Assembly: GCA_002269645.1 (NCBI GenBank)
Contig: NIVC01002059.1
Location: 62,001-126,000, forward strand
Source of the DNA: Macrostomum lignano
Lineage: Eukaryota
Length of the DNA stretch: 64,000 nucleotides
Reading direction: 5' to 3'
Positions 1 to 12,020 of this stretch are shown piece by piece. The notes under the pieces were generated by a model that worked only from the letters and a program-made list of their open reading frames with translations, had not been told where the DNA came from and ran no database searches. The position numbers and the translations under genes were made by a program. Position 1 is the first letter of the stretch. Every line of letters starts with the position of its first letter.

Positions 1-567
1 ATAATATTAAATAATAAGACTGTTTCGTTTGTTGTCTGTCCGACCAAGATAAACGGAAAATTACCACGCAGTCCGGAATGCATTGCATGCTTTTTGAGAA
101 TAAGAAGCTATCGATCAAAAAGCGTTCCGAACGATGTCTAAGCGATGCGCAATGACTCTCCTATTTAAGCCGTCTACTGCATTTACAATCACTTATTCAA
201 GTTTACCACACTCGCTACTACTGCAAGTAGTTTGTGGACAATTTGTGGACAACGATACGGTGTCAATGTTACAATATATCTGTTATGTAGAGGGGTCAGC
301 AAACATTTTTAACATAAGGCCTGATGTAGCATGTGTGCACGACTGCGGCCTGCGAGGTAGAGAGGAGAGGAGAGGAGAGGAGAGGGAGATGAGAGGGGCG
401 AGAAAGGGGTGGAGAGGTGAGAAAAGGGGAGACTGGAGACAAAATACAAACCTTAAGCGGGCCGTAATGTGAAGTTTCACGGACCCTTGATATAGTCTGT
501 GATGCAATTTCAATCGAATGGACATTTTTAAATGCATTTACGTATTACAGGTTCAACCAACATCTTA

Positions 568-786
568 CTAGCGTCAAACCCTCCTATTAGCGTCAAACCC
601 TCTTCTTGACGTCAAACCCTCTTATTAGCATCAAACCCTCATTTTAGCGCTTAACCCTCCTATTGGCGCCAAACCCTCCTCTTGGCGTCTAATCCTCTTC
701 TTGGCACTCAACTTCATCTTGGCGCTCAACCAACCCTCCTCTTGACGCCCAACTTCATCTTGGCGCTCAGCTTCGTCTTGACGCCA
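568..786. repeat. Degenerate minisatellite, about 19 bp (gcgtcaaaccctcctatta)
   Basis: About 11 diverged units; one contains TTGGCGCCAA. Confidence 0.7.
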
Positions 787-2197
787 TTTTGGTTATTGTA
801 CAATAACACCCCTAGCTCAGGATAAAAGGAGTCAATCTAATTAAAAGACATTTACGACTCTACCTTAAAACCTGGTCCGTTCTTAAACACAAAAATAACT
901 TACAATAGTTAGCACTTAAAAGTAAAAATCAACTATTTAGTTATAAGAGTCGCTCCTCAACAAAGCTGTATAATGGCGCGCATATAGATTATGGATAGGA
1001 TATATTGCACCGCTTGAAGGCAAACTTACTATTGCTGTCGCTGTTGCTACTCTTTAAATACGTGAGCAATATCAATAATAATATTAATAAAAATGAGAAG
1101 CGCTTATAAAAACAGTTAATAAAAAACTGGCACACGCACACAAGGAATAGGCGAAATAAATTGGATTTTGAAATCGATCAGGGATTAGTAAAGCAAAACA
1201 AATTAGAATTACAATTGACAATTTGGCTAATCTTGTCCCTCGGGCCAAGGCACCAAAGCAAAGGTAGACAGAGACAGACCCTTGGACGATAGCGTAGTTA
1301 GCAAAAATTGGTCCTTGTTTGATTTATAAAATGTACAAAATATCTGCATTATCAATACAATAATAATTATCATTATATATCATTCTATTCCGATTAAAAT
1401 ATGAAAAATTACTATAAAATAAAGGGAAATTTGCTAGGCTAGCAAATAGAATAATTCAAAAGATGATATGTACACACAAAAAAATACTGAGCCTTTTCAG
1501 CATTTTTTAGGTTCTTGGCGATTAAAATACTCCTAGACTTCACACTTAAAAAAACCAATGTGACTAACAATTTCTTTGTTGATGTACTTGTAGTAGGGAA
1601 TCTAATTTTAATCAGTTTTATCTAAAAAATGATACAAGTTTCCATGACAGAAAATTTCTACTTAAAGTAGAAAGTTGGAAATTTTTTGCTCGTATGTTTT
1701 GAAAAGTTTTTAAAAGGTGCCCAAATTTCTTAGTTTCCGGCGACAACTGGGAAGTGGAACCTACAGATTAAACCTCAGGTCTGAATTAAAAGTGTTGAAA
1801 GCTGGAAATGAAGCAAAAACGCAGAAAAAGTGCAAGCGCATGAATCAGATCAAGGTACAGCGCTATTATATAAATGACTTTTAATTGTTAAAAAATCAAT
1901 TAGCAGAAGATTTAGAAATGGAATATTATAATAAAATATGCGCAATTACCAGCTAGTAAAAGTTAGGAAAAATGATATGAAAGAATTGCTATACACAGAA
2001 ACAATGTCTCCAGTGACAATATTGAACTTGCATTCATATAAGCCACACTTGGCAGCCAAACAAAACTTTGACTAAGAACCATTAAAATTCTATTTATTAG
2101 AGAGCTCAAAAACAAAATCAAAAGCTGCCAAAATATCTGACTCAATATGCACTAATAAGTACAGGCACTTCCCAGGCTATGACAACCAGCTCAGGCT

Positions 2198-2348
2198 TTT
2201 GACCATAGACTAAAAGTGATGATAAGTACTTTAATGAAATCGAGCCTGTAGATCCTTATCGATTGCAATTCATTTCTAAATTGAACTCAAGCTAATTGGC
2301 TGAACTGCAGGATTAAAAATGGAGGGAAAACCTTCGTCTATGGTCGAA
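2198..2348. mobile_element. Small inverted-repeat-bounded element (possible mini-MITE)
   Basis: TTTGACCATAGAC (2198-2210) and GTCTATGGTCGAA (2336-2348) match 12 of 13 as an inverted repeat. No TSD found. Confidence 0.4.
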
Positions 2349-2368
2349 ACTCACGCCTCTACTATGCA

Positions 2369-3250
2369 TAGTTTGCATTGTCTATGGCCAAGACCCACAG
2401 ACCTATGCGTGTAATCAGTATTATCTGACTGAAATCTAGTTTGCATTGTCTATGGCCAAGACCCACAGACCTATGCGTGTAATCAGTATTATCTGACTGA
2501 AAACTAGTTTGCATTGTCTATGGCCAAGACCCACAGACCTATGCGTGTAATCAGTATTATCTGACTGAAATATAGTTTGCATTGTCTATGGCCAAGACCC
2601 ACAGACCTATGCGTGTAATCAGTATTATGTGACTGAAATCTAGTTTGCATTGTCTATGGCCAAAACCCACAGACCTATGCGCGTCATCAGTATTATCTGA
2701 CTGAAATATAGTTTGCATTGTCTATGGCCAAGACCCACAGACCTATGCGTGTAATCAGTATTATCTGACTGAAAACTAGTTTGCATTGTCTATGGCCAAG
2801 ACCCACAGACCTATGCGTGTAATCAGTATTATCTGACTGAAAAATAGTTTGCATTGTCTATGGCCAAGACCCACAGACCTATGCGTGTAATCAGTATTAT
2901 CTGACTGAAAACTAGTTTGCATTGTCTATGGCCAAGACCCACAGACCTATGCGTGTAATCAGTATTATGTGACTGAAATCTAGTTTGCATTGTCTATGGC
3001 CAAAACCCACAGACCTATGCGCGTCATCAGTATGATCTGACTGAAATATAGTTTGCATTGTCTAAGTCTATGGCCAAGACAGACAGACCTATGCGTGTAA
3101 TCAATATTAGCATTGTCTATGGCCAAAACCAACAGGCTTGCGCGTGTTACGATATTATGACTGAAATCTAGTTTGCATTGTCTACGGTCAAGACCCACAG
3201 AACCTGCATCTTCCAACGATATTATCAGGCTAAAATCTAATTTGCATTGC
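2369..3250. repeat. 68-bp tandem repeat, about 13 copies
   Basis: Unit tagtttgcattgtctatggccaagacccacagacctatgcgtgtaatcagtattatctgactgaaa(tc); period 68 (2370, 2438, 2506). Confidence 0.95.
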
Positions 3251-3338
3251 ATAGATAGCAAGTAGCCCAGTTTTCAAGCTTTAAGATTGACTTCAATGAC
3301 TGGATGAAGCTGAGCGGAAAATGTTATACACATGATAT

Positions 3339-3799
3339 TTAGAGCTGAGTAGTTGAAGCCTGATTGTCTCCAGGCGGCTCCCCTGCCGATTTGGCGTCCT
3401 TGGTGGCGGCCCTGCCGCTGGCTACAACCGGCATGCCCAGAATAATTCTATCAATGCCTTTAATTGGCAACAGGTGCTCGCCGTAGTGGCGAATCATTAG
3501 CGGCACAGATGTGAATGGCTGGGAATACTGGCCGAGCACGTACTGACCCTGCTGGGTGCGCTCGATGCGCATGTGAATGCACTGCTGGCCGTGACGGCCA
3601 CGCAGGCTCAGTGAGTATTGCCGCTGCTGCTGATCAGCCGAGCTGTCAGATGTTTGACAGCAGCGGACCAGGAATGCGCCTTCGGGATGGGGCCGAAGAA
3701 GCTGCTCAGCGGTCTGCCGGTCCATGCCAGGGCCAGGATGGAACCAGGGCTGGTCGGATAGCGGCAGGTTGGGATCGACTGGGGTCCAGCTGGACGCTG
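3339..3799 (-). CDS. SH2 adaptor (SHB/SHD/SHE/SHF-like), last exon with C-terminal SH2 domain; spliced product about 253 aa
   Basis: Acceptor ctactctgcag| gives VDPNLPLSDQPWFH...AEQLL...EGAFLVR...YSLSL...HM...YVLGQYSQPFTSVPLMIRHY...LPIKG, matching the SHB-family SH2 signature (DPxLPLExQxWxH, FLVR, LPIKG). Stop at 3339-3341. Confidence 0.85.
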
Positions 3800-3834
3800 C
3801 TGCAGAGTAGGCAGGGTAGACAAAAAATATTCTG

Positions 3835-4975
3835 AATGACGGGATCCTGACTTGATAATTAATGACGGGATCCTGACTTGATAATTAATGACGGGATCCT
3901 GACTTGATAATTAATGACGGGATCCTGACTTGATAATTAATGACGGGATCCTGACTTGATAATTAATGACGGGATCTTGACTTGATGATTAATGACGGGA
4001 TCCTGACTTGATAATTAATGACGGGATCCTGACTTGATGATTAATGACGGGATCCTGACTTGATAATTAATGACGGGATCTTGACTTGATGATTAATGAC
4101 GGGATCCTGACTTGATAATTAATGACGGGATCCTGACTTGATGATTAATGACGGGATCCTGACTTGATGATTAATGACGGGATCCTGACTTGATAATTAA
4201 TGACGGGATCTTGACTTGATGATTAATGACGGGATCTTGACTTGATGATTAATGACGGGATCCTGACTTGATAATTAATGACGGGATCTTGACTTGATAA
4301 TTAATGACGGGATCCTGACTTGATGATTAATGACGGGATCCTGACTTGATAATTAATGACGGGATCTTGACTTGATGATTAATGACGGGATCCTGACTTG
4401 ATAATTAATGACGGGATCCTGACTTGATAATTAATGACGGGATCTTGACTTGATGATTAATGACGGGATCCTGACTTGATAATTAATGACGGGATCCTGA
4501 CTTGATAATTAATGACGGGATCTTGACTTGATGATTAATGACGGGATCCTGACTTGATAATTAATGACGGGATCTTGACTTGATGATTAATGACGGGATC
4601 TTGAATTGATGATTAATGACGGAATCTTGACTTGATGATTAATGACGGGATCTTGAATTGATGGTTAATGACGGGATCTTGACTTGATGAATAATGACGG
4701 GATCTTGAATTGATGATTAATGACGGAATCTTGACTTGATGATTAATGACGGAATCTTGACTTGATGATTAATGACGGTATCCTGACTTGATGATTAATG
4801 ACGGGATCTTGACTTGATGATTAATGACGGAATCTTGACTTGATGATTAATGACGGAATCTTGACTTGATGATTAATGACGGAATCTTGACTTGATGATT
4901 AATGACGGTATCCTGACTTGATGATTAATGACGGGACCCTGACTTGATGATTAATAACGGGAACCTGACTTGACG
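3835..4975. repeat. 26-bp minisatellite in the SH2-gene intron, about 44 copies
   Basis: Unit gggatcctgacttgataattaatgac. Confidence 0.95.
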
Positions 4976-5144
4976 ATGGAATTTTGATTACAAAACGGGA
5001 TTCCAACTATAGTCAACATACACTATAGTGCACTATTGTAAGGTCTTGTAACAGCGATTTTATTATCAATAGAGAAAAATAGTAATTTCCTGTCTGATTA
5101 GAATAAAGAAAGAGAAAGATAAAATCAATAGTAAATAAACTAAC

Positions 5145-5445
5145 CAACAGTTCCAACTTTGTGCACAGGTTTCAGTTGGGGGCATGGTGCTTTGGCCTCA
5201 CTGTTCCCAGCATGATTGGCGCCAGTACCAAAGCCAACTTCCACAGATGGCCCGCCACTGTTAGGCGACTTCTGCGCCACCAGTTCAAACGGACTAGCTG
5301 GATGATGCTTGAAAACTCCACTGCCGCTAGCCTTCAATGGCTCACTATAGAAACTTTCGGTCTCTGGTGAAGTGGTGCTGCTGCTACTAGAGACTGTTGG
5401 CCGCACAACAGATGCATCTGGAGGCAAACTGTACTCTTCCTCCAT
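5145..5445 (-). CDS. SH2 adaptor (SHB/SHD/SHE/SHF-like), coding exon 1
   Basis: ATG at 5445 is preceded by an in-frame TAA. MEEEYSLPPD... contains Tyr-x-x-Pro motifs (YSLP, YSEP) typical of this family. Donor G|GTTAGT after 5145 (phase 1) joins in frame to the SH2 exon. Confidence 0.65.
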
Positions 5446-7265
5446 TTATAGCTGAGGCATAGTAGGAAGGTTTGCCACACTGGAAATCAAATTTCATTTT
5501 TCATTCAGGCATATTACATGCAGTTATTTTTTGTGTGATTGGTTTTGCAAGCTCTGAAGGTATTTTTATATTTTAGATAAGGTATTAAAATTATTTAATT
5601 ATTAATTCTGACATCAATCACAATACTTATACTTATTCTGCGATATAATATGTAGTTTTAATGAAGAGCAAAGTGAAACAAAGTATTTATCTAAGCTTCT
5701 ATAAAAACTACATGAATTAAAAAGAATATTTTGTTATAAAAATCATATATTATCTAATTTTCATCTTACTCCTTAAGCCTACAATGCTAATTTGAAAGAT
5801 ATACATTACATTATAGATGAATTTAATTAGATCTACAATTAGAATATACTACAAGTATTCAAATTAAAAAATGTTCTAAATAAATAAAAAATAACTAAAT
5901 ATAAAAATGGATTGCACTTTATTAATCTACTTTTAAGACAAGCTAATAATAATGGTTGAAAAAACTCAGGCTTATAGGCTACAAATATGAATAGCGAGCA
6001 AAGTCTTTACCTGACTATTGGTCCTTTGAAACTTTAGAATAGCAATTTGCAGCTTTTGGCCCACTTAAAAAATCATCATATCTCTTTTTTCTTTAAAATT
6101 TGACAATTAATGATTTTTGACAATTTTTTGATAAAAGTTCACAACCAAATAAAGATGTTTTAATTTATTTAATGTTTATAGGCAATTTGAAAAACTAAAC
6201 TTATATGGCTCTTTTGCAGCACAACTAACTTGAGTATACCAGACTCCTATATTAACTTTGCCACACTATATTTAATTTCTCTTTGCCTTGTTACATTGCT
6301 TTTCTTCTTGCCTTGCTGCATTGTATTTCTCCTTGTTTTGCTATACCTTTTCCTAATTTGCTGTTTCTTAGATATTTCCTTGCTATCCTTCCAAAATCTT
6401 GCTGCATTTCCCTTGTTTCTAGGCTTCTCACCTTACTCACCTAAGGTGGGAAGGTGCTTCTCACCTTCCCACCTTACCAATATCAATATGGCAATACCGT
6501 AGGCTTATCACATTATACCATGCCACTTCTACATCTAGGCCAAACTATGCTTGGATACCATCTATCAAAATTGGAAAAATGCCTAGAGGCTAGAAGCCTG
6601 TATACCGCAATTAGGTCCAAAGACTAAAGGTAAGGGCCTTGCCTATATGAAATTGATAGGCCCTAGATTAGAATGGACAAGGAGCAACGACAACATGGAT
6701 GAATTTATTACATTACAAAGCTTTGTCTTCATTTTTGTCATAATGAAGATTTTTTTTGTCATAATGATTTTATATAATCAGAATAAATAATCAATAAATG
6801 ACTGGTAACAGGTCGTTTTGCCTTTAAATCATTTCAGCCATGGACATTTACGAGGTAAACTTTATATTGCGCTTTGTATTTACTGATAACTTTATATAAC
6901 TGATTTGATGAATCTTTGTTGTCTAAACGAACATTTTCTATGAAATATTTGAACTTGAATTTGTGCAAATTTAAATATTTCGCGGTAGGCCTATATAAAG
7001 CAAAACGCAAAAGCAAAAAGAACAAAAAGAAAAAAAGTTTTTTAGAAGTTTAGCACCATTCGGTTTTTTATATAAAATGCATTATATTTTACTCAGTAGT
7101 AGAAAAGCGAAAAAGCGAAACGAAATGACAAAAAGAGCACCGGCAAAATAGGAAGTTGCACCAAAATTCAATTTAAGAAAATGAAAATTGAAGTTGATCA
7201 TAAAATAAAAACTAGATAGTTTTTTAAGACGCTATGGTAATTATGTGTTGTGGTGGTCTACATAT

Positions 7266-7855
7266 CAAGGACGACTTAAGTAGAAGGACGGGAAATCTCG
7301 TTTCTTAGAAAATTTTAGAAGGCAGGTTTTCCCGAAAAATACACTTACGGAGATAGGAATAGGAACTTCATTTTTTAGCACAAAAATTGCTATTGCTTTT
7401 GATAGTAGGCAGATCCAGTGTTCATCTTTTGATATGTTGTGCCTTTCTTATAGCTCTATCGATATTCATAGAGCTTGTCGTTCAGAAAATTAGGATTCTA
7501 TGTGAATTTTTTTTATTCTACGTCGTAGGCCTACATTTGCACGTGTCTTGTGCCTTAAAACCATCGAAATTGCACAGCTCGGCTCTTTGGTTTTATGAGT
7601 CTATTTTATCATTCTTAGCTGACTGTGTAACAAAAATTTGTAACAGAAATGATAAAATAGATTCATAAAACCAATGATTCGAGCTGTGTCATGCATTTTT
7701 ATGATTTTTAGGTACCGGAAATGTATCTGTATGTAAAATGAAAAGTTCCTATCTCCGTGACCATAGGGCCTAGGGCCTAGTGTATTTTTTCGGGAAACTT
7801 GCCCTCGAAAATTTTCTAAGAAACGAGGTTTCCTGTCCTACTTAAGTCGTCCTTG
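7266..7855. mobile_element. MITE-like foldback element with TIRs of about 110-120 bp
   Basis: caaggacgacttaagtag...ctcgtttcttagaaaatttt...cccgaaaaatacact...acggagataggaa (7266-7378) is the reverse complement of 7735-7855. TA dinucleotides lie just outside both ends. Confidence 0.8.
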
Positions 7856-8798
7856 CTATATATTTCTGGGTGCGATTTTCAAGACCAGGATGCTATTCAC
7901 ACCCATTTGCACAAAAAACCCAGGCTTTCCACCATTCAGAAGATACCCCAATATTCAGTTCATTAGGTTCTGCTTACCAAATTTAATCAAGAGTTGACAA
8001 TTCCTTAAATTACAATAAGTAAAGATTCAAAAAATTACTGGCTAATTCTAAGACTTAAGACATCCATAACACTAAATTTTGAAATCTGCATCACATCCTT
8101 GCAAAAAATTCTGGTGCAATTTTTGCACTCTGAGTCAAATTTCAGGGTGCAATTTTTAAGACCAAGATACTATTTGCACCCATTTGCACAAAAAAACCCA
8201 GTCACAGAGTCATACATACTATACAAAACTATAGAGCCCAATTGGGGGCTACTCCCTATATAAAAAACGTAAAGGTTATAAGAAAAGATATCATTGTTTG
8301 TTAGTTTTTAATTTTATTCATAAATCTAGCAAGATATTATATATACTACTAGTTTAGCAAATATGTAATTTCAGTAACTAAAGCCTAGGCTAGGGCCTAG
8401 TGGCATCCATATAGTGAGCTTTTTAGCACTAAAAATAGCCAGAGTTCTGATAGCTAGGTCTAACAAATAAGCAATGTAAAGAAGCTGCTAGAACCCTTAG
8501 CTTGCAATGATAGTCTATCTTAAATTATGGCAGATATGTGCTTAGAGACATTTTCATAAAGTAGGTAGATGACCCTGGTGATCTTGCCACATTTTCTCTT
8601 TGATTGCCTCTTAGTTAACATAATATAACAATGTAGAACATAGAAGTATCCTGACTATCCACTTACCAAGTAGCCACTCAATTAGTAGCACCTCTTGCTA
8701 ATAGTAGAAGATAGTCCTTTTATCTATTTATTTATTAATGGTATCATCTTGGCCTTTTAGTAAAATGGGCTCATTAGAGGATTCTTAGGCCTACTGCA

Positions 8799-9095
8799 CA
8801 TACATGTGCAACAGTTGGCCGAGTCGGCTGAACCGGCCGACCAATTTGGCGGCCAACCAATGTAAGTTGCAAAAATGCCCATCCGAATAAATACCAAAGT
8901 AGTACTAAGTAGATGACAAGGCATTTTGCCTTAATAAGACAGTCATAGTTACTCCTGCCGTTTACCTAAAGTTGCATTAATTATGCTTTAGGGTTTCTTT
9001 TACATGTAAGTCGCATTTTTGGCCAAAAATGATATCGCATTTTTGTTTAAACTAAGTCGCATGGCCAACCGAATTTTGGAGGTTGCACATGTATG
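8799..9095. mobile_element. Non-autonomous hAT-like MITE
   Basis: Perfect 14-bp TIR CATACATGTGCAAC / GTTGCACATGTATG, flanked by ctactgca / ttactgca (7 of 8 TSD match). Confidence 0.7.
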
Positions 9096-10293
9096 TTACT
9101 GCATGCATTAGACTTGTTTCCAGCTTATATATAAAGAAAATATCAACTTATTCTTAATAACAAGAATCAAGAAACTCATTTTGGTGGTACTATGCCAAGT
9201 GAAATAGTTGCTATAAGCCAGCATCATATTGCACTGCATCTTAGTAGTCAGGAGTTTTTAGAATACATATTCCTAGCTAGACTATTAGGATAGACTATGC
9301 TGCCTTAACTAATGTATTAGATATCTGCTCTTAGCAATAGTTACTTGTCTATCCTTATCAAGGAAGATATAGCTATTATCAATGACACTCTAGCTAGTAG
9401 AGGTCTTAGGTCTCCTAGCTTGAAGTTCATTTCAAAGAATTTGCCTCTTTTGAAAGTATGATCTAGTAGATGATAGTGCAATATGACTGCCTTGAAACCC
9501 ATGTTGCTCATGCAAATGGGCTTTGATTTTCTTTGCTACTATATCATACATTTGTGTATAATAGATGATAGCACTTTTGGCTTTGCTTGAAACTGACATT
9601 TTGTTCAAAGGTGGTAAAGAAAAATTCTATTACAAGTAAATTCTAAGCTAAGAAAGAATGATATAAAAATTTGTTTTATATAAGAGACAACATATCTATG
9701 ATAAAAACTCATATCAATTTGAAAGAGCCCATATAGAGAAAAAGTGAAGTAATGATAGAATTTTATGTTTTTGTATGCATTTATAGACATTTTTATTTTA
9801 TGTATTTTATTTTTCTTTTTATTAGAGATACATGTAGACTAAATAGAAGTGACCATTTATTACTAGTGAGTTGAGCCAAAATCTAGTAAGTGCCCAATAT
9901 ATCTCAATTCAAGACAACTTTAGCTTGGGTCCTACAAATGGTATGATTATAGTGTAGAAAGCAATGATTCATCTTCATAGCAGCTATGTAATCCTTAACC
10001 ACTTTGGCTAAGGCTGGATGCAGAAGCTATCAGGTTGTTAGCCCAGTATAAGATTTCAATAACTGCTCCTACTAATCAATGTCAAAAGATAATCAATTTT
10101 ATTTGATCAAGATTTCCATAAATTGTCTTGATATCCTATAGAATCTTGTTTCTTTGCTTTTGACTTTTAAGGCTATCTTTTCAGTCTTTTTGTCACATGG
10201 CCTGTTGAGATGTGTTTTGAATGTAAATCACTATGGCACTTATCTGCAACACAATGTATTTTTTCACTACTGTAAACAGCACTCACTCCTAGG

Positions 10294-10648
10294 CTGGGTT
10301 TTTTAAAGGTTGGAAATCCAGTTGCCATCTGGCTTTTGAGGCTCAAAATCCAGTTGCCAATGGCTATTTTCGGTTGCCCAATGGCAACTAGCCAAATTAT
10401 TGAGGATGCATTTGAAAAGCAGAAATTTGTTCTCAACTCTAAGATTGCTGTCTATGCTGCAAAAAATAACAAACTAACAACTTTATCATATCGATTCATA
10501 TGACAATTTTTTTACAATTACAAATACAATATCATTTTTGAAGTTGGCAACTGGCACAGGGAAAGGCACAGGCCTCTGATGCAAAAAATTCAGTTGCCAA
10601 TGAGATTTTCAAGGGGCCAATAAACCCCGCATGGCCCAAAAAACCCAG
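10294..10648. mobile_element. Non-autonomous TIR element with 8-bp TSD (hAT/P-like)
   Basis: TIR CTGGGTTTTTT / AAAAAACCCAG. Identical flanks CTCCTAGG at 10286-10293 and 10649-10656. Confidence 0.8.
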
Positions 10649-10864
10649 CTCCTAGGGTGTCGGGTGTTGAAAGCCAAGAGAGTTTATAAGTTTATAGGGT
10701 GTCAAAAATGCCCATTTTGACAAACACTTTTATTGAAATTAGTTTAACATGAAGATATTAGATAAATATATAGTTTACGTTTACTATAATATTGCATCTA
10801 TTAATTGAAAAATTTAATATCTAAAAGCAAAGAGAATTCACATCCTTCAGTGTTCATCATCACC

Positions 10865-11521
10865 ATGGCAACAGCCGGGCCAATCGCGGCCATCTCGGCC
10901 CTAGCCGAGCAGGCAGCCAATCGGGTGTGCGCCGATTGCGTCTCGGCGCCACCCTGCGCCGTCTCCGTTAATGTTGGCGGCGCTTTCGTATGCGGCGCAT
11001 GCGCGGTGGCGCACCGCCAGGCCGGCTACCGGACCAGATCGATCGAGCGCGACCGCTGGCAGGAGTCGGAGACGGCCGAGCTGCAGGGCAATTCAGTTCT
11101 GGCCGAGACTCTTGAGACTCGAATGCCGCCATTCTATCGCCGTCCAATGCCGGACGATCCGGCTGTCATTCGGACGCAGTTCGTATTGGCCAAGTACAAG
11201 CGCGGCGAGTTCGCCAATCCGGCCAGACAGGCCGCCTATCATCGCTCTGGCGGCGGCTTCGTTAAGTCCGGCCGGCTGATGAAGCGCCTGACTGTGCCGT
11301 CCGTAGCGGCCGCCTCCGTCCTGCATGGCGGCTCCGGTGGCAGCTCCAGCGGCGGGAAGTTCTCTCAGCGTCTCTTTGAACTGTCCGAACGAGATAATTA
11401 TCTGCGTTACCATAGCGACGATACGTCGGATTCAACCGTGAGAGCTTCACTGCCGTTGGATCAGCTTAATGTGGCCATGGTTGGCGCCCTGATTGAGATG
11501 GCGCATCCGCATCTCATGATG
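10865..11521 (+). CDS. ADAP1: ArfGAP with dual PH domains (ADAP/centaurin-alpha-like), exon 1
   Basis: Kozak caccATGG at 10865. ArfGAP zinc finger CADC-x17-CGAC-x4-R, QFVLAKYKRGEF, then PH1. Donor ATG|GTGAGC, phase 0. Confidence 0.85.
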
Positions 11522-11823
11522 GTGAGCGAGGGTTCGTGATAATGATGTTTGTACATATTTTAGATTTTCCCCTGGCTTTGTTACTCTGTTTAACGGGAGA
11601 GTGAAGACAGTTAGTGCTGTTCTGTTGACAACTCTGAAACTCATAAAAAATCGTGTCTGTTGCAGGGTTAACAACCACCGAATATTATTGCACTCTGGGT
11701 TGGTTTTAAGGGTCAGAATCGCGGTGAATCAGATTTCGAGTGTTTTATGATTATTGCTACTTTAAGTAAAGCACGGAAGGTGAAATTTTACGTGGCTTCC
11801 AGCCCTGGAAAAAATAGCAGGGT

Positions 11824-12020
11824 GCAGAATCGTAAAAGAGTCGCTAAAAAGTTGTCCAACGGTCGCTGTTTTACGCGCTAAACTTTCTACTAACTCAAGT
11901 AGACTAAATAGGGTTGTTATAAACGCGAAATGTGACTATAATTCATAAAGTTGCGCGGATGCGCTTTAGACGCAACTCAGTGATTGTACAGCGGCTGTGG
12001 CACGCCTCAGATTCGACTCT
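11824..12020 (+). repeat. Dispersed leader of about 200 bp preceding the 20-bp satellite (copy 1)
   Basis: Clear alignment to 38606-38811; the last ~45 bp (gattgtacagcggctgtggcacgcctcagattcgactctacggccccag) are identical. Confidence 0.85.

Noticed and set aside
1-571. Possible non-autonomous Helitron (AT-rich start, ends in CTAG)
   Set aside because: The 5' end is outside the window and there is no convincing subterminal hairpin. The 112-aa and 84-aa ORFs here are low-complexity.
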